Below, one piece after another: positions 1 to 8,550 of a stretch of 61,987 bases of DNA (positions are counted from its first letter, which is position 1; the number at the start of each line of letters is the position of its first letter). The position numbers were made by a program, and so were the translations under genes. Source of the stretch: an uncultured Candidatus Saccharibacteria bacterium (GTDB taxonomy: Bacteria; Patescibacteriota; Minisyncoccia; Minisyncoccales; UBA5738). The notes below the pieces were generated by a model that did no database searches, was not told the origin of the DNA, and saw only the letters and a list, made by a program, of their open reading frames with translations. The DNA lies in assembly GCA_964603475.1 (NCBI GenBank), contig CAZRVG010000001.1, positions 1 to 61,987 of the forward strand, in the 5' to 3' direction.

Positions 1-61
1 ACAATACAAAAACCCTGCAAGCAGTTTGCGCAATGGGCTCTCGTGAAATTGATATTGTCAT
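1..61 (-). CDS. Possible 5' end of a gene running off the left edge (MTISISREPIAQTACRVFVL...)
   Basis: ATG at 61-59 on minus, open to the edge, with an AT-rich divergent intergenic region upstream. Confidence 0.25.
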   Translation of the reverse strand, partial: MTISISREPIAQTACRVFVL

Positions 62-287
62 ATTAAACATAGTGGCATTGTATCAAATTATTTGTTTTTG
101 GTCAAGCCCAAGTATTGTACTTGTCAAATGCAAGTAGAAATGTCATACCATGGATTCATGATAATCTATGGAATCTTTCGGGCGAAAGGTGGAATAGAAT
201 AAAAAAAGGCGACAAGCGCGGGGATGTGGTTGTTTTTGTTTTGTGGTATAATGGGCTTATCGTTAAAAATTAATAAATAAAAAAAAT

Positions 288-1268
288 ATGAACACAAAAA
301 CTATCAGCATCGCAATCGGCATCGTTTTGCTTGCCGGCATCGGCGCGCTTTACTATTATTTGGCAAACGCTCCCGAGGGGGAACAAAATTTGCCGCCGAT
401 TGAACAAATTCAGACACAAGAATCGCAAGATATTGAAAACGAAAACGGGCAAGAAAATATTCCTCCACAGGAAGGCGAAAATAGCGAATTACCGGCAGTA
501 GAAGGGCAAACGGAAGAGACAAAAAACAAAGAACAAACAATCATCGGAAAATCGGTACAAGGCCGCGATATCGTCGCCTATCATTTCGGCGCCGGCGCGA
601 AGGAGATTTTGTTTGTTGGCGGAATTCACGGAGGATATGCTTGGAACACCGCGCTTTTGGCTTATCAATTGATTGATCGCTTGAAAAACAACCAAAACGA
701 CATACCGGCAAATGTTAAAATCACCGTTATTCCGGTTCTCAATCCCGACGGATTGGCAAAGGTGGTCGGTGGCGAAGGAGAATTTACCGCCGGCGATGTT
801 TCAACTTCCGCCGATACCGCCATGGCAAGATTTAACGGCAACAATGTGGATCTAAACCGCAATTTTGACTGCGAATGGCAGGCAAAAGCGGTTTGGCAGA
901 GCAAAACCGTGAGCGGAGGAGCCGCGCCGTTTTCCGAACCGGAAAGCGCGGCGATCCGCGACTACGCGCAAAGTCATCAAATTTTCGCGGTTGTGGCATG
1001 GTACACTTCCGGCGGCGGGGTTTATTCGGCAAGTTGCAACAACGGCGTGTTGCCCGAAATTCAAACACTCACCAACACCTACGCCCAAGCATCGGGATAC
1101 GCCGCGCACAGCAATTTTGAATCCTATCGGGTTTCCGGAGATATGACGGATTGGTTTGCCAAAAACAACACTCCGGCCATCGGCGTGCTTTTGACCGCCG
1201 CCGATAATACCGAATGGACGAAAAATTGGGCCGGATGCCAAGCGGTTATTGACCACATTAGTAAATAA
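288..1268 (+). CDS. Membrane-anchored M14 zinc carboxypeptidase homologue, probably catalytically inactive
   Basis: N-terminal TM, acidic linker, GGIHGG, NPDG, NNVDLNRNF and PFSEPES motifs; Zn ligands and catalytic Glu substituted relative to the downstream paralogue. Confidence 0.85.
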   Translation: MNTKTISIAIGIVLLAGIGALYYYLANAPEGEQNLPPIEQIQTQESQDIENENGQENIPPQEGENSELPAVEGQTEETKNKEQTIIGKSVQGRDIVAYHFGAGAKEILFVGGIHGGYAWNTALLAYQLIDRLKNNQNDIPANVKITVIPVLNPDGLAKVVGGEGEFTAGDVSTSADTAMARFNGNNVDLNRNFDCEWQAKAVWQSKTVSGGAAPFSEPESAAIRDYAQSHQIFAVVAWYTSGGGVYSASCNNGVLPEIQTLTNTYAQASGYAAHSNFESYRVSGDMTDWFAKNNTPAIGVLLTAADNTEWTKNWAGCQAVIDHISK

Positions 1269-1290
1269 TCTTGAATTACGAAACGACGCT

Positions 1291-1354
1291 TGTTGAAGTT
1301 GTTGAAGTTGTTGAAGTCAAACTTCAACAAGCGTGTTGAAGTTTGACTTCAACA
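1291..1354. repeat. REP-like inverted doublet, family B (TGTTGAAGT-CAA-ACTTCAACA / agcg / its reverse complement), preceded by two extra TGTTGAAGT half-units
   Basis: 21-nt units at 1309-1329 and 1334-1354 are exact reverse complements. Confidence 0.9.
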
Positions 1355-1382
1355 TAAAACCGTTAAATTCAAATGCTATTGA

Positions 1383-1421
1383 AGGGGTCTAACCCCTGCG
1401 ATTACACAGGGGATAGACCCC
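1383..1421. repeat. REP-like imperfect inverted doublet, family C (GGGGT-CTA-ACCCC ... GGGGA-TAG-ACCCC)
   Basis: ggggtctaacccctg versus caggggatagacccc, one mismatch. Confidence 0.7.
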
Positions 1422-1430
1422 AAAATACCA

Positions 1431-2342
1431 ATGAAATTGTTCACGATTAAAAACCTGTTAATCGCCGCGATCATTTGCTGTGCCGCAATCGGCATGGCAA
1501 TTTTTGCGTTGCTTTCTTCGCAAAAAAAAGAACCGGTCAAAGAGCCCGCCAAGCCCGAACAAAAAATTGAAGAACCCGCAAAAATCGCGGAGCCGGAAAT
1601 AGCGAAACATAAAATAATCGGCTATTCGGCGCAAAACCGACCCATTGAATCCCACACCTTCGGCACCGGAGAAAAATTATTGGTTTTTGTGGGCGGAATT
1701 CATGGCGGATATGAATGGAACAGTTCGCTTTTGGCTTGGGAATTTATTGATTACTTCGAAAAAAATCCCAAATCAATCCCCGAAAATTTATCCGTGGCGA
1801 TAATTCCCGCGCTCAATCCCGACGGATTGGCAAAAATCACCGGCAAAGACGGAAGGTTTACTATTGCCGACATTCCCGAGGGAAATAATGAAACCGGCAG
1901 ATTTAACGCCAACAATGTGGATCTAAACCGCAATTTTGACTGCAACTGGCAACCCAAAGGCCTTTGGCGGCAAAAAGAAGTGAGTGCCGGCACCGCGCCG
2001 TTTTCCGAACCCGAAAGCAAAGCGATCCGCGATTTTGTTTTGCAAAACAATCCCGCGGCGGTTCTTTTTTGGCACAGCCAATCAAACGCGGTCTACGGCT
2101 CAATGTGCAACAACGACATGATGCCCGAAACCCGCGTGATTTTGAACGCCTACGCCAACGTTTCGGGATATGCGGCCGTGGACACTTTTGACAATTATCA
2201 AATAACGGGCGACGCCACCGACTGGCTCGCGTCAATCAACGTCCCCGCAATCAGCGTGGAACTTTCCACCCACAACACCATTGAATGGACAAAAAACCTC
2301 GCCGGCATTACCGCCCTTTTTAATTATTATAAAAACAAATGA
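1431..2342 (+). CDS. Membrane-anchored M14 zinc carboxypeptidase (MpaA-like subfamily possible)
   Basis: GGIHGGYE, NPDG, RFNANNVDLNRNF, FWHS (Zn His), ISVEL (catalytic Glu). Confidence 0.88.
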   Translation: MKLFTIKNLLIAAIICCAAIGMAIFALLSSQKKEPVKEPAKPEQKIEEPAKIAEPEIAKHKIIGYSAQNRPIESHTFGTGEKLLVFVGGIHGGYEWNSSLLAWEFIDYFEKNPKSIPENLSVAIIPALNPDGLAKITGKDGRFTIADIPEGNNETGRFNANNVDLNRNFDCNWQPKGLWRQKEVSAGTAPFSEPESKAIRDFVLQNNPAAVLFWHSQSNAVYGSMCNNDMMPETRVILNAYANVSGYAAVDTFDNYQITGDATDWLASINVPAISVELSTHNTIEWTKNLAGITALFNYYKNK

Positions 2343-3742
2343 AAATCACTTTTTGGGGCGCGGCGCGAAACGTTACCGGGTCAAAACATCTAATAGAAAC
2401 CGGCGGATTCAAACTTTTGCTTGATTGCGGATTTTATCAAGGCAGAAGGACCGACGCCAACCAGCAAAACCGAACTTTGCCGTTTGCCGCCGACAACGTG
2501 AACGCCGCAATTTTGTCGCACGCGCATTTGGATCACTGCGGCACTCTGCCGGTTTTGGTAAAAGACGGCTTTGCCGGAAGAATATATTGCACTCCGGCCA
2601 CTGCCGATATCGCCGAATATATTTTGATGGATTCGGCCAATATCCAAAAGCACGACTGCGAATATTTCAATTCCCACGTCTCGGAAAAAGAAGCGATAAC
2701 CCCCATCTATACCGAAGAAGACGTGCAGCGGGTAATCAGCCGTTTTGAAACCGTGGATTATTTTTCATCCACGGGCGAATGGACGAACATCAATGAAAAT
2801 ATCCGCTTTAAGTTTTATGATGCCGGCCACATTTTGGGCGCGGCGGCGGTTTTGCTGGAAATAAAAGAAAATGGCACAACAAAAACTTTATGTTTTTCCG
2901 GCGACCTGGGACGCGACGAACTGCCGATATTGCGCGCCCCCGAGCCCATTCAAGAAAGCGCGCAAACTCTGATAATGGAATGCACCTACGGCAACCGCAC
3001 GCATCAACCAATGCCGCAAGTGTTTGACAAGGTAAAAGACATCATCAAAACCGCCCTGCGCAAAAAAAGCAAAATAATCGTGCCCGCGTTTTCTCTGGGA
3101 AGAACGCAAGAGTTGATTTATATTCTGCATCTGTTAATCAAACAGAAAGCAATTCCAAAACTGCCGATATATATTGACACGCCGCTGGGTGACAAGATTA
3201 CTAAGATTTTTCCCCGCTATGTTGATCTTTTTGATGATAATTTCAAAAAAGAATTCGGGGATAACGGCTATTGGGCGTTTAACTTTGACAATTTGAAATA
3301 TATCCAATCAACCGCCGAATCAAAATCGCTCAACGGCAAAAATGGGCCGTTTATCGTTATCGCCGGATCGGGAATGTGCGAAGGCGGCCGCGTTTTGCAT
3401 CACCTAAAAAACAATATCGGCAATGCAAACAATATTGTTTTAATCACCGGCTTTCAGGCCGCAAACACTCTGGGGCGAAAAATTTTGGAAAAGCAAAGCC
3501 CCGTTAAAATATTCGGCCGGGGGTATGACGCGCGCGCCAAAATAATGGTGCTAAACGAACTAAGCGCTCACGCCGACCAACAAGATTTGCTAAATTACGC
3601 CAAAAGCATCAACGGATTAAAAAATCTCTTTTTGGTGCACACCGAACCGCCCCAAGCTCAAGCCTTCGCCGAATTGGCGCAAAAATCCCTCCCCGCCATT
3701 TCAGTAAATATCCCCGAATTTTCCCAATCTTTTAACCTGTAG
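2339..3742 (+). CDS. MBL-fold beta-CASP metallo-hydrolase (Ysh1/RNA-processing family)
   Basis: LSHAHLDHCG, AGHILG, FSGDLG, MECTYG, GSGMCEGGR, SAHAD, LVH motifs. Confidence 0.92.
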   Translation: MKITFWGAARNVTGSKHLIETGGFKLLLDCGFYQGRRTDANQQNRTLPFAADNVNAAILSHAHLDHCGTLPVLVKDGFAGRIYCTPATADIAEYILMDSANIQKHDCEYFNSHVSEKEAITPIYTEEDVQRVISRFETVDYFSSTGEWTNINENIRFKFYDAGHILGAAAVLLEIKENGTTKTLCFSGDLGRDELPILRAPEPIQESAQTLIMECTYGNRTHQPMPQVFDKVKDIIKTALRKKSKIIVPAFSLGRTQELIYILHLLIKQKAIPKLPIYIDTPLGDKITKIFPRYVDLFDDNFKKEFGDNGYWAFNFDNLKYIQSTAESKSLNGKNGPFIVIAGSGMCEGGRVLHHLKNNIGNANNIVLITGFQAANTLGRKILEKQSPVKIFGRGYDARAKIMVLNELSAHADQQDLLNYAKSINGLKNLFLVHTEPPQAQAFAELAQKSLPAISVNIPEFSQSFNL

Positions 3743-3791
3743 GTATTAAAAATAACATTTAATCGCAAACATTTACCGAGTGCTTGCATTT

Positions 3792-3855
3792 TAAGGTCAT
3801 ACCTTGACGATTATCCCGAGGCTTTGCGAGGGATAATTGGCAAGGTATGACCTTA
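3792..3855. repeat. Long hairpin / REP-like doublet, family E (AAGGT-CAT-ACCTT ... AAGGT-ATG-ACCTT)
   Basis: Perfect 15-bp IR at 3792-3806/3841-3855 plus an inner attatccc/gggataat stem. Confidence 0.85.
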
Positions 3856-3947
3856 TTAAACTTGTATTTTGGATTTATTTTTATCATCAATTGATGACCG
3901 CTAATATTATAATCCAGTGGAGTATAAAAAATTTGCGTAATCATATC

Positions 3948-3981
3948 AAAATGATACGATTAATGTATGCAAATGATACGA
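3948..3981. promoter_or_regulatory. Direct repeat aaatgatacga x2 upstream of the SdpI-like gene; candidate operator
   Basis: Copies at 3948-3958 and 3971-3981. Confidence 0.4.
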
Positions 3982-4000
3982 AAATTAATAATCTAAAAAT

Positions 4001-4636
4001 ATGAAGAAGAAATTTGTTTGGGGGGGGATTGTGGCGGCGGGTTTTGCGGCAAGTGCCTGGTTTTATCCGCAAATACCCGAGATTATGGCCACGCATTGGG
4101 GAGTTGACGGTCAGGCAAATGGATATATGAATAAGTTTTGGGGATTGTTTTTACTGCCGATAATTTTGACGGCCATCATTGGACTAATGCTGATTGTTCC
4201 CAAAATTGATCCGCTGAAACAAAACATTGCCAAGTTCCGCGGTTATTATGACAATTTCATTTTGTTTATCGCCGTGTTTTTGCTTTATATTCACGCCTTA
4301 ACCATCGCTTGGAACATGGGTTTTGAATTTGATATGACTAAATCGATTATTCCGGCAATGGCGGCGATTTTTTGGCTTGCCGGAATTTTGATGGAAAAAT
4401 CAAAACGCAATTGGTTTGTCGGCGTGCGCACACCTTGGACAATTTCCGACGATAATGTTTGGAACAAAACCAACAAATTGGGCGCAAAAATTTTCAAAAT
4501 TTTTGCCGTTGCCGGCTTATTGATAATGTTTTTGCCCGCCGTATATTTCATGTGGCTGATTTATGTCCTCATCGCCGCCTCAATCTATCTGATAATTTAT
4601 TCCTATCTTCTCTGGCGCAAAACGAGTCGCGGTTAA
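4001..4636 (+). CDS. SdpI/DUF1648 family immunity membrane protein
   Basis: PEIMATHWGVDGQANGY and RNWFVGVRTPWT motifs, multiple TMs. Confidence 0.88.
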   Translation: MKKKFVWGGIVAAGFAASAWFYPQIPEIMATHWGVDGQANGYMNKFWGLFLLPIILTAIIGLMLIVPKIDPLKQNIAKFRGYYDNFILFIAVFLLYIHALTIAWNMGFEFDMTKSIIPAMAAIFWLAGILMEKSKRNWFVGVRTPWTISDDNVWNKTNKLGAKIFKIFAVAGLLIMFLPAVYFMWLIYVLIAASIYLIIYSYLLWRKTSRG

Positions 4637-4766
4637 CGGACATTCCAACATTCTCAAGAATGTGAGAATGTTCGCCAAATTATTCTAGCAAAATAAAAAC
4701 GGGGGGTGACCCGTTTTTTAATGTATATACATTTGTACGTGTTTGAATACGATTTAAATACGCACC

Positions 4767-4964
4767 TCATTCAAAGAAAAATATATCTTCAATTTTTGCA
4801 TTCAAAACACGGGCAATATCATAGGCGAGTTTTAGTGACGGTACGTATTTGCCTTGTTCCAAAAATACAATTGTTTCACGCCGCACGCCGACAAACTGAG
4901 CCAATTCTTCCTGTGTCATATTTTTTTGGGCGCGGCATTCTTTTATCTTCGTAAAAAATTTCAT
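4767..4964 (-). CDS. XRE-family HTH transcriptional regulator (COG1476 type)
   Basis: [32 protein letters not shown]. Confidence 0.92.
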   Translation of the reverse strand: MKFFTKIKECRAQKNMTQEELAQFVGVRRETIVFLEQGKYVPSLKLAYDIARVLNAKIEDIFFFE

Positions 4965-5338
4965 TTTTTGCTTTGAAAATATTTAAACAAAAGCGACTGG
5001 AAAATCATCAATCCACAAGCCGAATATACCAAAACTTGCGCAATCGGCTCAAAAAAAGAATTACTTTGACGCATCGCCATAAGCACCATACCTGCCAACG
5101 CAGCGCCCATCGCATAGACGGCCAACGTCCAGCGAGCAGCATCGCCGGCGTTTTTGTAATCTCGTTCGTCAGCTAAAACGCCTTCAACTCGTTTTTTCAC
5201 GCCGAACATCACGATTGCCGCGGTAATAGCGGCAACAATCGGCAAAATATAGTTACCGTGGACAACCGAAGCTGAACAAATTCCGGCTAAAATCATTACA
5301 AAAAATATTCGAAAAATTTTATATGTTTTTTGTTTCAT
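4961..5338 (-). CDS. DUF2178-like membrane protein
   Basis: 4 TMs with a central DERD motif; overlaps the start of the XRE gene. Confidence 0.7.
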   Translation of the reverse strand: MKQKTYKIFRIFFVMILAGICSASVVHGNYILPIVAAITAAIVMFGVKKRVEGVLADERDYKNAGDAARWTLAVYAMGAALAGMVLMAMRQSNSFFEPIAQVLVYSACGLMIFQSLLFKYFQSKK

Positions 5339-5383
5339 ATGTTTGTTTTTTTGTTATTTTTAGTTTTGCACCTTTATATTCTT

Positions 5384-5403
5384 ATGTTAGATTATTCTAA
5401 CAT
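5384..5403. promoter_or_regulatory. Perfect palindrome ATGTTAGA-ttat-TCTAACAT; candidate XRE operator
   Basis: 8-bp arms directly upstream of the DUF2178-XRE operon. Confidence 0.6.
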
Positions 5404-5437
5404 ATTTGTCAATAGCGGCGAGAAACAATACTAACAC

Positions 5438-5465
5438 TTGCCCAAAATTGGAGGTTTGGTATAAT
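5438..5465 (+). promoter_or_regulatory. sigma70-like promoter TTGCCC-N16-TATAAT
   Basis: Sequence match upstream of 5541. Confidence 0.55.
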
Positions 5466-5540
5466 CCAATCAAAGAAAAGGGATGGTTAATTTGTAGTAA
5501 TGTTAAAAGGTCATTTAATTAATCTTAACAAAATAACCAA

Positions 5541-6701
5541 ATGCCAAAACACAATGATGTTTTTTCTTTGGAAGACCTAAAAAGACTAGCCAAACATCAA
5601 GGCCAAAGCCCTTGTGTTTCTTTGTACATGCCCGCTCATAAAACAGGCAGGGAATTGCGCCAAAATCCGGTACGCTTTAAAAATCTGGTTAAAAAAGCGG
5701 CGGAGTATTGTCAGGCTCAAGGAATCCGCGTCGATGAAGCCAAAGATATGTTGGCCCCCCACAAAAAATTGCTGGAAAATCCGCTTTTCTGGCAGAAGCA
5801 AAGCGACGGGCTGGCAATTTTTGCCACTCCAAGAATTTTTGAAGTTTTTCGTTTACCGATAAAATTTGCCGAACTTGCCGCGGCGGGCTCGGCGTTTATT
5901 TTCAAGCCGCTTTTTTTCTATTTAAGCGAATACGGAAAATTTTATCTTTTACAACTCACCAAGAATCGCGTCAAGCTTTATCAAGGCTCAATCGAGAGTA
6001 TTTCCGAAATTGAATGCCCCGAACTGCCTCAAGATTTGGCAAGCGCTCTATGGTACAAAGATTACGAAAAACAATTACAATTGCACCACGGAGGCAAATA
6101 TAAAGAAGGAAGTACTATTTTTCACGGGCACGGAGCGGGGCGCGATGATCTCAAAATTCGGATTGCTCGCTACCTGCGCCATGTGGATAAAAATCTGGCA
6201 AAATGCATTAAAGACAAGAATACGCCCTTGGTAATCGCCAGCGTGGATTATTTTCTGCCCATTTGGCGGCAGGTGAGTTCCTATCCCAACATTATGAGCC
6301 AGGCTTTGCCGGGAAACACCGAAAATATCAATGAGGAAAAACTGCGCGAAGACGGCTGGAAAATTGCTCGCGAATATTATGGCGCGGCAAAAGCGAAGGC
6401 AATCGAAAAATGCGCCGACGTTATGAAAACGCCGCAGGGGTCATATGTCCCTCAAGATATTATTAAGCTTTCCTGGCAGGGAAAAGTCGGCGAACTGCTG
6501 GCGCCTTTCGGAAAGCAAATATGGGGCAAATTTAATCGCAAAACGGGAAATGCCGAATTGCATATAAAACAGGAGCCCGACGACATTGATCTTTTGAGTT
6601 TGGCGGTATTTTTCACGTTTTTACACAACGGCAAAGTTTATGTAGTAAACGCCGATGAAATACCGCAAAAAAACAAACTGGTTGCGATATTACGGAAATA
6701 A
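5541..6701 (+). CDS. Bacterial archaeo-eukaryotic release factor family protein (baeRF3/7-like)
   Basis: PCVSLYMP, RQNPVRFKNL, FWQKQSDGLAIF, HGHG, PLVIAS, GKVGELL pattern. Confidence 0.82.
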   Translation: MPKHNDVFSLEDLKRLAKHQGQSPCVSLYMPAHKTGRELRQNPVRFKNLVKKAAEYCQAQGIRVDEAKDMLAPHKKLLENPLFWQKQSDGLAIFATPRIFEVFRLPIKFAELAAAGSAFIFKPLFFYLSEYGKFYLLQLTKNRVKLYQGSIESISEIECPELPQDLASALWYKDYEKQLQLHHGGKYKEGSTIFHGHGAGRDDLKIRIARYLRHVDKNLAKCIKDKNTPLVIASVDYFLPIWRQVSSYPNIMSQALPGNTENINEEKLREDGWKIAREYYGAAKAKAIEKCADVMKTPQGSYVPQDIIKLSWQGKVGELLAPFGKQIWGKFNRKTGNAELHIKQEPDDIDLLSLAVFFTFLHNGKVYVVNADEIPQKNKLVAILRK

Positions 6702-6722
6702 TTAGTAAAATCAATTAAAAAA

Positions 6723-7088
6723 ATGTTAAAAATCATCGCCGAAAAAAATATCTTAACCCCCGACGCAGTCAAAGAAAAAATAATGTTAAAATTAAACGCA
6801 CTAGAGAGGCTAGTTTCAAGCGTCGGAGAGCCGAATGAAATGCGCGTGCAATTGGAAAAAATGAATTATTTTGAACCCAAGGGAAATGTTTTCCGATGTG
6901 AAATCAATGTTCGAATTCCGGGAAAGCTTTTGCGCGCAGAAAGCAAAAAAACCGACATTATCGCCGCCGCGGCCGATGCCAAAAACACGATGGAGCGCCT
7001 GTTGAAGCAATACAAGGAAAAACAATTTCAAAATGCGAAAAGCGACATGCGCGCCATCAAAAAAGAAATCAAAAATAACCCCTTATAA
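6723..7088 (+). CDS. Ribosome hibernation factor HPF/RaiA-like (S30AE domain)
   Basis: Length and pattern VKEKIMLKL...FRCEINVRIPGKLLRAES...MERLLKQYKEK. Confidence 0.75.
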   Translation: MLKIIAEKNILTPDAVKEKIMLKLNALERLVSSVGEPNEMRVQLEKMNYFEPKGNVFRCEINVRIPGKLLRAESKKTDIIAAAADAKNTMERLLKQYKEKQFQNAKSDMRAIKKEIKNNPL

Positions 7089-7094
7089 CCCGCC

Positions 7095-7127
7095 AAAAAA
7101 ACGCCGTACCGCAAGCGGCGTTTTTTT
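7095..7127. terminator. Bidirectional intrinsic terminator
   Basis: A-tract, cgccg stem, T-tract between convergent genes. Confidence 0.85.
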
Positions 7128-7142
7128 ATTGCCACCGGCTCA

Positions 7143-8423
7143 TCAAGAGAGCAATAATGTCGCCAGCCCCAAAAACACCAAAAAGCCCAGAACATCAGTA
7201 GCGGTAGTAATGAAAATCGTTGCCGACGAGGCCGGATCCTTTTTCAGCCGCACCATCAATAGCGGCACAAAAGTTCCGGCCGCCGAAGCAATCACCATAT
7301 TCACGATCATCGCCGAAAACAGCACAAAAGCAATCACCGGATCGTGATTGACCGCCAGCACAACCACGGCAACAATCAATCCATTGATCGCGCCATTGAT
7401 AAATCCGGAAATCGCCTCATTTTTAAAAGCATGAAAAGACGATCTAAAATCAATTTGCTTGAGCGCAATTGCGCGAATCATCACCGCCATGGTTTGCGTG
7501 CCGGCATTTCCGCCCATGCCCGCGATTATCGGCATATAAACCGCCAGCAAAACATATTTTGAAATCGTCTGGTCAAACATCCCCACCACAAAAGACGCCA
7601 AGAAAGCCGTGCCCAAATTGATAATCAGCCATTTATAGCGGAATTTTATTTTTTCCGGCGCGCTCGCAAAAACGCTTTCCTCGCGCAAAACGCCGGCAAA
7701 ATGATAAAGGGAAACCGCTTCCTGCTCGCGCAAGATTCTCATAATATCATCAGAATATATGATGCCCAAAATATTGCCGCTATCGCCCAAAACCGCGATT
7801 TTGCTGTGCGGATAGGCGCGAAAAAGATCGATCGCTTCTTCGTGAGGCGCCGAGTAGCTGATTGTGGCAATTTTACGAATGAATTTTTTTGCCTTGTCTT
7901 TTGGGTAGCCAAATCCTAATTCATGGCCGGGAATATATCCGGCCAATTCGCCGGTTTTCGCGCCGCTCTTGACCGCGATTATCGTCGGCGGGCGGCCGGT
8001 GCGTTTTTCGTGGGTTTTGAATTGTTTGGCAACTTCGGCAATCGTATCATCTTCGTTAACTTGGATGTAATCAACATTCATCAGCCCCGCGGCCGTCTCC
8101 GGATTAAATCCCAACAATTTTTCCACCTCGCTCTTGGCTCGATCGCTCATCATTTCCAGCAAGTGGCGTTGATCTTTGGCGAAAAACATTTGTAAAACAT
8201 CGGTAGCTTCATCGGGATCAAGATTCTCCAAAATCATTATCACTTCATAGTCCTCAAGAGACGACAACAATCGGTATAAAAGGTATTTGTTCAAAATCAG
8301 GCACGCCCGCGCCTGTTCTTTCACCGAAAGCGAACGAAACAGCTCGCGCCGCTTTTTGGGCCGCAATCTGATTTGCTTGATAATTTCCTGAAATTTGTTG
8401 GGAGGATTTATTTTTGTTGCCAT
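7143..8423 (-). CDS. mgtE: Magnesium transporter MgtE
   Basis: CBS region, PETAAGLMN, MPIIAGMGGNAGTQT, DPASSATIFITTATDV. Confidence 0.92.
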   Translation of the reverse strand: MATKINPPNKFQEIIKQIRLRPKKRRELFRSLSVKEQARACLILNKYLLYRLLSSLEDYEVIMILENLDPDEATDVLQMFFAKDQRHLLEMMSDRAKSEVEKLLGFNPETAAGLMNVDYIQVNEDDTIAEVAKQFKTHEKRTGRPPTIIAVKSGAKTGELAGYIPGHELGFGYPKDKAKKFIRKIATISYSAPHEEAIDLFRAYPHSKIAVLGDSGNILGIIYSDDIMRILREQEAVSLYHFAGVLREESVFASAPEKIKFRYKWLIINLGTAFLASFVVGMFDQTISKYVLLAVYMPIIAGMGGNAGTQTMAVMIRAIALKQIDFRSSFHAFKNEAISGFINGAINGLIVAVVVLAVNHDPVIAFVLFSAMIVNMVIASAAGTFVPLLMVRLKKDPASSATIFITTATDVLGFLVFLGLATLLLS

Positions 8424-8550
8424 CTTAACCGCTTAAAATTCATTTCACAATGTAATTATAGGTTAAATTCTGTCAAAATCAAAAATTTTATAAAAAATTT
8501 CCGCATTTTTTGTATTTGCGATTTTGGAATTTTGGGGCTATTCTTGAAAT

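Noticed and set aside
1291-1421. Possible CRISPR array
   Set aside because: Units are inverted doublets or contiguous tandems with no unique spacers, and no cas genes are in the window.
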